Positions 36,201 to 46,500 of a DNA stretch of 64,000 bases are shown piece after piece. Position 1 is the stretch's first letter. Each line of letters begins with the position of its first letter. Position numbers and translations under genes: made by a program. A model generated the notes under the pieces. The model saw nothing but the letters and a program-made list of their open reading frames with translations, was not told the origin of the DNA and ran no database searches. The stretch lies in the NCBI GenBank assembly GCA_030248215.1, contig JASANG010000245.1:310001-374000 (forward strand). The letters are read 5' to 3'. The DNA comes from Enoplolaimus lenunculus. Taxonomy: Eukaryota.

Positions 36201-39200
36201 CGAAGAACAGATCCTGAGCAGTCCGAGCCTTAACAACTACAATCTATATATAGCAGGCCATTCTGTTATACAGGCCAATTACTAATTGGTCTAGGCCAAT
36301 CTACTATTTTGCGTAATAGCAGTTTCGCGTACACTAAACTGCTATTGAACTTATAGACAAATCAGGTTTGATTATTTGCTACAGAGCCAATACCGATAAC
36401 CGCAATCAGCGTTTGTTTTACATCACTGTTATTTTGCTATATTTTACAGTCGCTATTTGGCCTAGGCTAATCTACTATTTGCTCAGGTTAACAGATTGGC
36501 CTAGGCCAATTGGTAATTTGTCTGAATAGCAGATTAGCCTACGACGTATATATTTTTATTCAGGTGCGATTGTGATCTGGGATATACAGGCAAACGCTGT
36601 GAAACTGCCGTTATGATTTGTTCCCAAATTAGCCACTTGTGCAAGAATGGTGCCAGCTGTCAAGAATTTGATAACGGTACTCTTAAGTAAGTGAAATCAG
36701 ACACATATTTGTCAGTTGTCTTCAACTGCGCATTCGAATCAGCACTGTTTGTTTGTATATAACTTTGTTTGAATACTGGGCCCATGTAAAGATCAGGAGC
36801 GGAACGTTTTTTGTTCGACTGACTCCGTGTAATGTTTGAATATTTGGTTGCAACACGAGGTAAAAAATACCGGAACCGGAGTTGGATTTTAACTAAACTT
36901 GCCGGAGCCAGTTCCGGAAGTGAGAAGCGAGAATATTTCAAGTTGTTAAACGATGTTTAATTTGTTAATTTAGCAAATATCTGTAATGTACTGTTATATC
37001 GCGTTAATTAATACGCTTATTCTTTTAACAAAATCTCGGTAATTTTGACCTAAAAATTGTGACAAAAGTAAAACCGAAACGCGGCAAACGGATAAATTTG
37101 CTTAAAATATACAAAATTTCACTAGCGAAATTGCCAGAATCTCCGGCAAAAATTCTATCGGAATCAAAGCCGGAGACGGACCTCTGGCTGTACCGTGGTG
37201 TTAATATCATGTACGAATGGAATAAGTGAAAAAATTTCAATTACTATCTTTGAACACAACTTGTATTGTGTTTTACCTTCGGTTCCAGTCTTGGCTCAGG
37301 CACCTTTTGGTGACTTCCGGCTTCGGCTGTTATTCACTTCCGGTTGCACTCTGATTGCAACCATACTTTGACCAGTGTTTGTGGCATTTCTGGTTTAAAA
37401 TGTGCCAAGTTGTAAATTAGTATCTGAGATGCCTTGTCTTCTTGATTTTTAATAGTTTCAGATGCCTATGTGCAGCTGGTTACAGCGGCGAACAGTGCGA
37501 ACAACGTCATGATACATGTTTAGCATTAAATCCATGTTTCAATGATGCATTATGCACAAATATTCCTGATTCGCCAGGATATAACTGTACGTGTCGTCCG
37601 AACAATTACGGAACACAATGTTCGTTTTCGTATAAGACAGGTGAGGTCAAATCGGAATTGAATCTGTTTGGTTTTTAAATAGGAAAAATATCAGTTGCAT
37701 TCATAGAGCGAAGCTTTCGCAAACCGAGATGGATTCGGAAATTTATGGCAAGCATCCATGACATGCTGGACAGCGATTTTACTGCGTTAAAAATTAACAC
37801 TTTTCATCTCTATCTTAAAGTTCAAACATTTTCGTACACTACAATATATAGTGTGCAAAATTTTCTGTCTCCGAATTAGGCTCTACGGGACTACGCAAAC
37901 TGAGTCAAATTCGACTCTGCCAGAGTCAAACGTGCGACTCAGTGAGTCGAATTTCCCTCTGACGGCGTCGAATTTGACTTAGTTTGCGTAGTTCCGTAGA
38001 GCCTATTTCAGAGAGAGTCAGTAAGACTCTCACCATGTTTTGCAGTGTATGTACCGATCCACCACTTCAAGTTCGGTTCAATTTTTGCTGGTAAGTTGTG
38101 TCGCTCAGTGAGTGCGGTTAATTTGTCGCAATGCGTGAATTATACCACAAAACCATATTCCAGACAACAGGGTGCAACCGGAGTTGAAAAACACCGGAGT
38201 TGGAGCTCAACAGAACTTGCCGGAGATGAAGGTGAAACCGGAGGCAAGGCGAAATCACTAAATTAGGTAAAGGTGAAATGTATTTTTCGCAAATATCTGT
38301 AAATGTGTTGTTAAATTGTCTGGTTTTTACGCTTATTTTTTACGAAATCTCAGCAATGCTTTCCTCAAAATTGCACCTAAAATTAAAATGAAACGCGCCA
38401 AACCGATCAATTTTGTGAAACTATGCAAAATGTCAGTACCGAAATTGCCGGAACCTCAAGCAAAAATCTACCGAAACCGGAGGTCTATTTTCTGCCGCAG
38501 CCGGTGGCAGAGCTCCTGTTGAACCCTGTCAGACAACGGTCCATAAATTTAACATTGAAATTAGCTAATCTGTCATCTGCAACGTAAAACTTCGTTAAGT
38601 AGACCTCTAACCCCAGTGGTTTTCATCTCAAATGCACCGTGGCGACCAACGCTCGCTGGCAATAGGTAACTGTTAATTCGAGAGCAAATGCGCTACGCTA
38701 AACCAATAACACGTGATCCATTATTGTCCATGTTTTAGATGCAATAACTTTTAATGGATAGCATTATAGCTTCCTTGTTAGAGGTTTTGGCCAATGTCAC
38801 TTTAAAGGCCGTCCCATTTTCTCGGGACAGAAATGTGCCAGGAGTACCCGACCGAGTTTCCTGGGACAGCAATGTGCCAGGAGTACATTCAAAAAATATA
38901 ATTGGGACAGCGGGACACTTAGGATAGATGAGACAGTGGGACAGATGGGACCGTTGGGACAGTTGGGCAGATGGGACACTTGGGACAACGTAAATATATC
39001 TGCCTGTGCATATGTAAACAGGAGTGCATAAGTGTGTACTCCGGGTATATTTGTGTCCTGGGAAATTGGAACGGCCTTTAAAGCAATATGGGCCGAGGTT
39101 TTTAATAGCGTGAAAATACACCCAATTTTATACAGGTTCTAACTGGAGATGGGCAGTCCTGTTAGCGACAACAGTAGCATCAATTATTTACGTTACGACG

Positions 39201-39242
39201 GGATTCGTTGTCGTGCTTCGAAACAGCCGTGTTCAACTATAA
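27280..39242 (+). CDS. Single-pass transmembrane protein with 10 EGF-like repeats and a short cytoplasmic tail (SPE-9-like / Notch-ligand-like architecture); 5' exons unresolved
   Basis: In-phase exons 27280-27399 (tentative), 28284-28486, 30013-30139, 31687-31807, 33067-33331, 34364-34515, 35332-35476, 36564-36686, 37456-37640, 39136-39242. Repeated C-x-C-xx-G(Y/W)xGxxC motifs; last exon GSNWRWAVLLATTVASIIYVTTGFVVVLRNSRVQL*. Confidence 0.88.
27416..27624. mobile_element. GGCC-TIR MITE with TTAGGC repeats
   Basis: Family TIRs; TSD AAATCCTG/AAATCCTT. Confidence 0.85.
28576..28810. mobile_element. GGCC-TIR MITE with TTAGGC repeats
   Basis: GGCCAATGTAAAGAACAGGGGCG ... CGCCCCTGATCTTTAAATCGGTC. 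Confidence 0.8.
29058..29320 (+). mobile_element. piggyBac-type MITE with tRNA-Gly-like core
   Basis: TTAA flanks at 29054-29057 and 29321-29324; TIR CCTTCTCACAT/ATGTGAGAAAGGG; A box TAGCTGAGTGG and B box GAGTTCGAATCC within 29208-29268. Confidence 0.9.
29469..29679. mobile_element. Palindromic CACTG MITE
   Basis: CACTGCAAGAAATGGTGAGTCAAATTGACTC ... GAGTCAATTTGACTCACCATTTTTTGCAGTG. Confidence 0.85.
30317..30656. mobile_element. AT-rich TA-flanked MITE inserted into another dispersed repeat
   Basis: TA|GTCTATAAAAGCTTAA ... TTAAGTTTTTAGAGAG|TA splits GCTCACCTTGCTAGAGGG, which is intact at ~26467. Confidence 0.7.
31952..32159. mobile_element. GGCC-TIR MITE with TTAGGC repeats
   Basis: Family ends; CCTAAGCCTAAGCCTAAGCCTAAGCC run. 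Confidence 0.8.
33569..34009. mobile_element. TIR element with TAGTG ends (hAT-like)
   Basis: 19-bp TIR TAGTGACCCGAATAAGAGG / CCTCTTATTCGGGTCACTA. Confidence 0.75.
35586..35797. mobile_element. Palindromic CACTG MITE
   Basis: Same family ends with TA flanks; partial copies also at ~31005-31150, ~34975-35133, ~37870-38047 and ~56697. Confidence 0.82.
36250..36546. repeat. Inverted-repeat (MITE-like) element with GGCCTAGGCC units
   Basis: CAATTACTAATTGGTCTAGGCCAATCT versus AGATTGGCCTAGGCCAATTGGTAATT arms. Confidence 0.6.
38789..39094. mobile_element. GGCC-TIR MITE with GGGACA minisatellite interior
   Basis: GGCCAATGTCACTTTAAAGGCCGT ... ACGGCCTTTAAAGCAATATGGGCC; perfect 8-bp TSD GAGGTTTT. Confidence 0.88.
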
Positions 39243-39462
39243 AAGGTTCTCATTATATTGGCAGCTGAGATACATTTGAAGACATAAACGCTGAACATAT
39301 CTTACCGCATTGCTTGGAAACAAATTAGTTGGAACAGAACCAGTTCAATAAAAAGTTCGGGGTTTTACGCAGTTTCACCACACATTTGTGGCTAAGGATT
39401 ATGTTTATGAAGAATCAGCCATATTTAGCGACTGCATAAAAAGCGGAAATACGCTCAGTTAA

Positions 39463-39750
39463 CCCTTTCTCACATGAATATTTTCTATTTCCCCTGAGAC
39501 CACTTTTATGCTAGGATTCGAACTCCAGTGACCGGAGTGGGAGGCGTATACCATCACCACTCAGCCATAGGAGCTTGACGCTCGAGCCCGAGGGGGCTCT
39601 CACGTCTTGTGGTGATTTAGTACTATGTATACGTGTGGCAATTTAGTACTATGTATACGTGTGGCAATTGTTAAACACGGTGCGATATATACTATTTAAC
39701 GTATATACACAGCGCTGAGTTGCCTACAGGCAACTCAATGTGAGAAGGGG
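39463..39750 (-). mobile_element. piggyBac-type MITE with tRNA-Gly-like core
   Basis: TTAA|CCCTTTCTCACAT ... ATGTGAGAAGGGG|TTAA; internal 26-bp duplication. Confidence 0.9.
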
Positions 39751-39915
39751 TTAATACCGCTAGAATAATCTGTTCACTGTGTTGCAATGTTCAAGCTTCT
39801 TGCAGAATATTATTCGCTCTTTGAATAAACAGCTGTGATTTTACCTTCAAATAAGACATCAGAAATAACTACAAAGCAATAAAAACACAAACTAGAATCG
39901 TTAGCAACCTGTTAT

Positions 39916-40080
39916 GGCCAATGTTACTTTCAGGGCCGTAACAGTAGATTAAGCAATTTCTAAGCCTATGCATTGACAAAAGTGTACTCCTAAGCCCAAG
40001 CAAAAAAATGTGGTCTAGAATCTAAGCTTACTTTTAAAAATCTACCCGAAGTGGCGACGGCCTTAACAGTAACATGGATC
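39916..40080. mobile_element. GGCC-TIR MITE (GTTACTTT subfamily)
   Basis: GGCCAATGTTACTTT ... AGTAACATGGATC. Confidence 0.72.
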
Positions 40081-40309
40081 GCAGTTACTAAAACACTTAT
40101 TGCAACATTTCCGGCAAACGAACAATCAACGAATCTACCAGTTAAGGTACAATTGAGAAACCAGCTAGCATGATTTGAAAGTCCTAAATATTTCCAAGAT
40201 TAAGATGTGAACCAAAATAGCTAACACCATATAGGAGTCCAACCATAAGCATCTAAGACGCCAGAAAAACAAAAATTTAGATGATTTCAAAACAATGTAT
40301 TAGATATTG

Positions 40310-40473
40310 GGCCAATGTTACTTTAAGGGGCGCAACAGCGTATTCCTAAGCTTAAACCTAAGCGTTGCAAAAAATGTGTTCCTAAGCCTAAGCAAAAAAC
40401 GTAATCTAGAATCTAAAACTACTCTTTTACGGACCCACCAGAAACCTGGACGCGCCTTAAAGTAACATGGGTC
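40310..40473. mobile_element. GGCC-TIR MITE (GTTACTTT subfamily)
   Basis: TIRs GGCCAATGTTACTTTAAGG / CCTTAAAGTAACATGGGTC; TSD AGATATTG/AGATATTC. Confidence 0.85.
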
Positions 40474-40548
40474 AGATATTCTATAAAAATCATAATCAAG
40501 TAAACAACTTTCACAATGTTAAAATGTTTTAAAGAATGCATTTCCATT

Positions 40549-43500
40549 TTAATCTTTTTCGCTTGGAGTTTTCAATTCAACGGAAATTTTACTCAGGTCT
40601 ATCATTCGCCTGAAAGATAAAGAAAGAAGTATAATTGACAGTGCAACTCTGCTTACACCAACTAAGCCATACAGAGCACGTAGCGTGATGATAAGGTAAA
40701 ATAACCAACAACAGCATTCCAATAATTAACTCGTATTAAACATACCTGTCAAAAAGCAGTTTGAATTGTTCCGCTTCAGAAGAGTTAGCGAAAACAACGG
40801 TTGCACTTTGTGTTTGTTCATGTAATTCAATACTCTAAAATAGTTTGCAAAATGCGTACACAGTTTCCGTGGATGCCGGGTGACAAACTTGTCAAAATGA
40901 TGAACCACAATCAACGATGAATTTAACTACGGTACAAGCCTGAGATCGTAATGCGTAACTAATCACCTGGACGAAAGTAAACACTAAGCTTCAGCAGAGA
41001 TTCATTCTTAACTATGGTGAAAATTATAGAAAAACGAAAAACTATTTTCTGAAGTTTTCGTTTTTTGTTGTATAAGCTGTAAATTGTTAACAGCAATCAA
41101 ACGGAACATAAAAATGATATAACGAGCTACGCTCATTGATTAAACTCAACTATGTAATAATTATGTAAGCGACATAATACTCACGTCTACACTTTCAAAA
41201 GCGCTCAGATGAAATTCTATTTTAGCTTTTGATGTATTTCGAGCAAGATTTTGTATCAAAGCAACCACTGGTTTGTTTTCGACCTGAAAAATATATTGTG
41301 TTAATCACCGCATAAACACAGGAACCAACAATGTACCAGAATGAACACCTAACAGTAGTGTTGGTAAAAGTTGGTAAATTTGTGCCTTATTTTGTTCTTG
41401 TCAAGAGTTCGAAGTGCGGTATGCTAACAAAATATAGGCAAAATCTATCTGATGGCACGCGGCTCTATTTAATAAAAATTTACAGTGTCACGTACCGGTG
41501 CATGGCGGCGTCTGGCCAATATAGCACAATTATAAGAGTTCACCATGCTACCAGACAGCGTTGAAATACCCATAAAGTCATCAAAAGGTACAGCGCAACA
41601 ATTCAGTACACCATACATACTTTAATTTCAATTTTTACTACACTGCTTGCGTTGAGACACTACACAGTACCCATTCAATGATCAATATGTCTCACCTTAT
41701 CGCACAATGGAATTGCTCGTAAGTTTTCCGTATGACGTGTAGTTTCTTTGCGGGGCAATCGCGTGACAGCACTTTGTTTTACTAAGGCTCCCGATGACGA
41801 TTCTTTATTAGAAAACGTATCAAAATCACGTCTTATACCGCTGTCTTCTTTAACCGGAGAAACGTTCGAGCCTGCCAACAAATCCTGTGACCCGCCAGAC
41901 GATGCCGAACTGTGAATCATGCTAGACATGCCCGTGAGCCTTATTGTGGTCGACACTGGTATCGGTTTAGACGAATTTGAAACCAATTCTGGCTGAAAGC
42001 GTGCTGCTATGTTTGGCGGTGGCTGCTGTGATAAACCGGTACCAGTTAAAGGAAAATTTGGCGGAGGGCGAGCAGTATTCGGTAAGGAACCGGTGGACGA
42101 AGTGCGATAAAGTATTTCGCTATGTGTCGATGAAAACTGTCTAGGAACTGCCGAAGCAAAGCTGGCGGCAGGAGCGGAGGGCGGCGGCAAACGAACAGCA
42201 ACGTTTGGCGGTGGAATCGACGTTAAAATGCCCGATGGTGGTGGCGCTGGAAGAGGGCCAATAGCGCGGATCATGCCCGCCCCGCTAGATGCCAGTGATA
42301 CAGCGGTAGTAGAAACTGTCGGAGGCAATATCACTGGAGGTGGAACGTTTAGGTTTAGTACTAACGGTGGCTGACCAGACAGTAAGCTAGCGCTAGCTGG
42401 AACGGTTACAGTAGACATCGACGAACCTAGCGGTGCGTACATCCCGGAGCCCGGTTTTCCACTAACACCGTCGAACGGATATCGTAGAGGCATATCGATT
42501 CGATTGTGCGCCGATGGCCGAGAAGACGTCTCATAGCCAGAAGGCTGGTCCAAGAATTGAACGCTTGAGCCGCCCGGGCGCCGTCTGTTGTTCGCATATC
42601 GCCTATGGGCACCAGACTGATAGCTGTATTCATCACTCTCCGGACTATAGCTGTAACTCCGCGATCGGGATCGAAGCATACGTGGTGGGGGTGAACACGA
42701 ACCACTACGGCTGCGACTTGCGCGGCGACGATAATACGCTGCTCGGTGGTGGCTGCGTCGTTGTTTCGCCGCTAGCGGTTGATCAAAATATCCTGGATTC
42801 CGATGTCGGCCGCTACGTCTAGACACTGATTTCATTAGTCTAGGCGAAGGTGCCCGATCGATAAAGTACTGAGCGGCAACGTGCACATCATTCGGTCCGA
42901 TACCAGCAGGCGAACGACTTCGGCGACGAGAATAGGCATCTACTATTGAATTACCACGGGAATCGATTGCAGGCTTGCGACTGTTTTTCAGCCGGGTAGC
43001 GGTGAGACGTGTTGTTCCAGAAGAAAAATCGGCGGATAACGCTGCTTCGTCTGAAGATTCGGGCGAATGACCTCGATTGCTTCTCATTCGCCAAATATCG
43101 GGACTACCAGAAGCATTCTTGCGATTCCGTGACCCACTTGAACTTCTTAACCTATATCTGTCGTCTTTCGGCGCTCGACGACGGACTCCAACAGGAGCCT
43201 CACCTGATAACACAGTGGCACCGGGCGACAGGGAATGTAATCTCTGTAACTTTGAGACGTTAGCATCGGTATTTGCAAGTGCAATGTCTTCGTAACCGTG
43301 AGGTCGTCTATGGTGCCGTCTATTGTGGCGTGTTAACTCAGCTGAACTGTTTTCGCCAACTGAGTATACAGGATTTGGGCTACCGCTTAGTGACCGAGCT
43401 ACAGATGCCTGCAGCTCAGATTGACAAGAGATTGTAGGTTGGATGAGAGAATTTTCGTTTCCTGAGAGTGTTCCCACTCCGCGCTGTGTTGCAAGTTGTC

Positions 43501-46500
43501 TGGCCTGTTGCTGAGGAGGAGGTGACAAACGGTGAACCACTGCAACTGGCGGTGAAATTTTTTCGATAGAGTTACTATTGTTACCGTGAAAGATATTGCT
43601 GTTTGATCGCAAGCGTTCTGCTGTATTTGGCCGCACGTCCGGCTCGTGTTGTATAGGACCAATCTCGATTGTACTATTAATACTGTCAGCAAATTTTGCG
43701 GCAACACCATGTGCTGGCGGGTCATCTATCGCCACTAAATCACCATCTCGTTTTGTTTTACCGGAGCCCAAGATAAGCGCATCTCTTTCAATCGCCAAGT
43801 TCTGAGATGCCATACTGTTAGGTGTAGAATTAGCCGCAAGTCGCCGTTGAGCAACTGTTACGGACTCCGAAATCTGGTCTCCAGGCGTTTTATTTTTTGA
43901 AACTTTTTTGATTAAAACATACTGGATTGTTCCATCGGGAAGTGTACGCTTGACCACTTCCTGCCGCTTTCCTTCAACACTCCCCGTAGTTCTGCTAGAA
44001 ATGGTCGTTTGTGTTATTGGCTGGTTATGCTGTTGCAGCTGTTGCTGTCGGTCGGCAACCGCCTTTTTAAGTTTGACTTTCTTTGGTTGGCGAATTTCGG
44101 CCCCAATATCTTCATTCCCGAGTTGACTCCGCTTCAGCGGGCTTTGCCCATGTTGTATCACTACAGATGGCTCAGTTATGGAACCAAGATTTTCGCCACG
44201 AGCGATAGCGCGCAACTCCCCGGCCTACAAACAAAATATCTAACTTTTAAAAGAAGTATCTTCAAAGGCGTTTGAAGTGGACGTCTGGTCTTGAAATTAT
44301 TTGACTCCACAACATATATTTACCAGTTACACAAATTTTTGAAACTGATATTCGATTAAAATTCTAATACATACAAAAACCTTATTAGAATGCTAAACAG
44401 CTTTCCTCAAATTTGCCCTTTATAACATCTGTAGCACCATAAAATAGGTAAGTGCACAAAAAATTCCCCGCTTACTTTTGAAATTGGTTTTCCGCGATTT
44501 CTGGCTTCTACTGGTGAATTTGTCTTACGTTCGGCATGTATGTGATTCTTTTGATCTGCGGTTTCAACCATAATTGTTTTGTTTTGGTCGGTCGACAAAT
44601 TAGTACCACCTTCAACACTGCGGGCCACATTAGATTGTGAACGCTGTTGTTCAGACTGTTGTTGTTGCTGCTGTTGTTGTTGTTGCCTAATATTACGCGA
44701 CGCGTCACCTGTGGAATTGTTCCTCGCCTTAGCTCTTGCCTACAATATATTTGCTATACAATACAACCACCAGTCGCAGTGGTACTACATGTATTGAGCA
44801 AAGCTCGAACACGCTTAAGCAATTAATTAGGTAACTATATTTATCGGTTTTGGAGGTTTGCAAACAATTTATTCAGATTTCTCGCGCACACAAATCCTTA
44901 AGCAATTAATTAGGTAACTATTTTTATCGGTTTTGAGGTTTGCAAACAATTTATTCAGATTTCTCGCGCACAAAAATCCTTTAGCACTGAAATTATTTAC
45001 ATTACTTGCAGGGTGCAACCGGAATTCCGGTTCCGGCATTTTTTCACCTTCCGGTTCCGGTAAATTTTTACCGGATTTAAAAATTCCGGTGTTATAATTT
45101 GGCCGTTTAAGAATCTCTTTTGAAAGCCACTTGTACTCAGAATATAAGCCGTTGATGGTGGATTTCACTTCAGTCGACGACGAAAATCTAAAATACAACA
45201 AATAAAATAAATACCTGTGTTCGACTAAGGTTGTTTCACAAATAATAGAGCAAAAAATACGATTAAAATGAAATTTTTGGTGAAATGCATTTTTCATTTT
45301 CCGGTTCCGGTTCCGGTAAAATTTTCAAATTCCGGTTCCGGTTCCGGTTCCGGTAAATTGTAATTCCGGTTGCACCCTGATTGCTTGCAATTGTAATAAT
45401 TAGTGAAATATCTTAAAAAGTCCCAATTTAGGCTTAACTAATTATGCAACTTAGCCTGTAGCTAATAAACGGCTTAAAATTTTAAAACACAAAACAGATC
45501 ACGTAACTTACAGTTTGTTGACGTCTGAGCTCTTTTCGCCGATTCAACATCTCACGCAATCGTTTCTGTTCTTCTAACTTCTCCAAATATTCCGCGTCAA
45601 CTCCCTAAAAACAAACGAACGAGACTGGATAGTTAGATCTCATCATAACCTAAAAATTGATCTGCGCCGGCCTGCGAAAGGCGTACCTGTTGGTGTAAAT
45701 TAAACTCCAGCATAGTAACTTCAATTTCGAAATCAGATTTTAAATGTCCAACAGCACTATGACATACAAGTATACACAGTGCCGTAATTAGCTCTCCCAC
45801 CCCACAAATGGGCGTCATTACACCCGAGGTGCCCGTCACAAAATATTAAAATAAGCATTTTGTGCATAAAACTTCTAATTTGTCCGAATGAATATCGTAT
45901 GGTTTTTCATTTGCTTCGGTCGCTCAAATCAAAATTACAAAAAATCTTTACTAAACCGCTTACCTCCGGAGCATCGATCAATCTCATGGACTGTGAATGC
46001 GTAGGAGTCTTCTCACGACGTGCGGAGAGCTAAAATTTTCAGACAACACAAATTCATGAAACTGTAACTAAACGATATTCGCGACAAAAAATAACACAAG
46101 TACCAGTTGTTGATACGTCTTTCAAATGTCCATCTAACCATTGGAGAGCTTCAAAATTCGGCAATTTTCCGCATTCGACTAGTGTGTTACTTGTCGTGTG
46201 GGCGCTGTTTGAGATAAACAACTGCCGCAGTTCATTTGTTTGAAGGCCGACTGCTAACTGATAACAAGTACTCAACGAGATACAACTGGCAAGATGGCCT
46301 CTGGGTTTCTTTATTGCTAAGCCAACTAACGAACCTACCTCACTAGGCGGTGACCTGCGGCCGTCGCGTCTTCGACTGCGATAATGATAACTGCGCGTAG
46401 TCCTAGAATCGTTGTTGGCTACGCTTTTATCGCTAGGCACTCGAAACGGTAAAGGCGACACCGATTCTGGATACGAAGAAGGCATTGCTCGCCAATGACG

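Noticed and set aside
42427..44275. Overlapping antisense and alternate-frame ORFs within the large exon
   Set aside because: Expected shadow ORFs of a long, relatively GC-rich coding exon.
44869..45297. 142-aa ORF similar to ORFs at 60530-61106 (PEPEFRLHP)
   Set aside because: Translation of the CCGGTT-rich hAT-like MITE.
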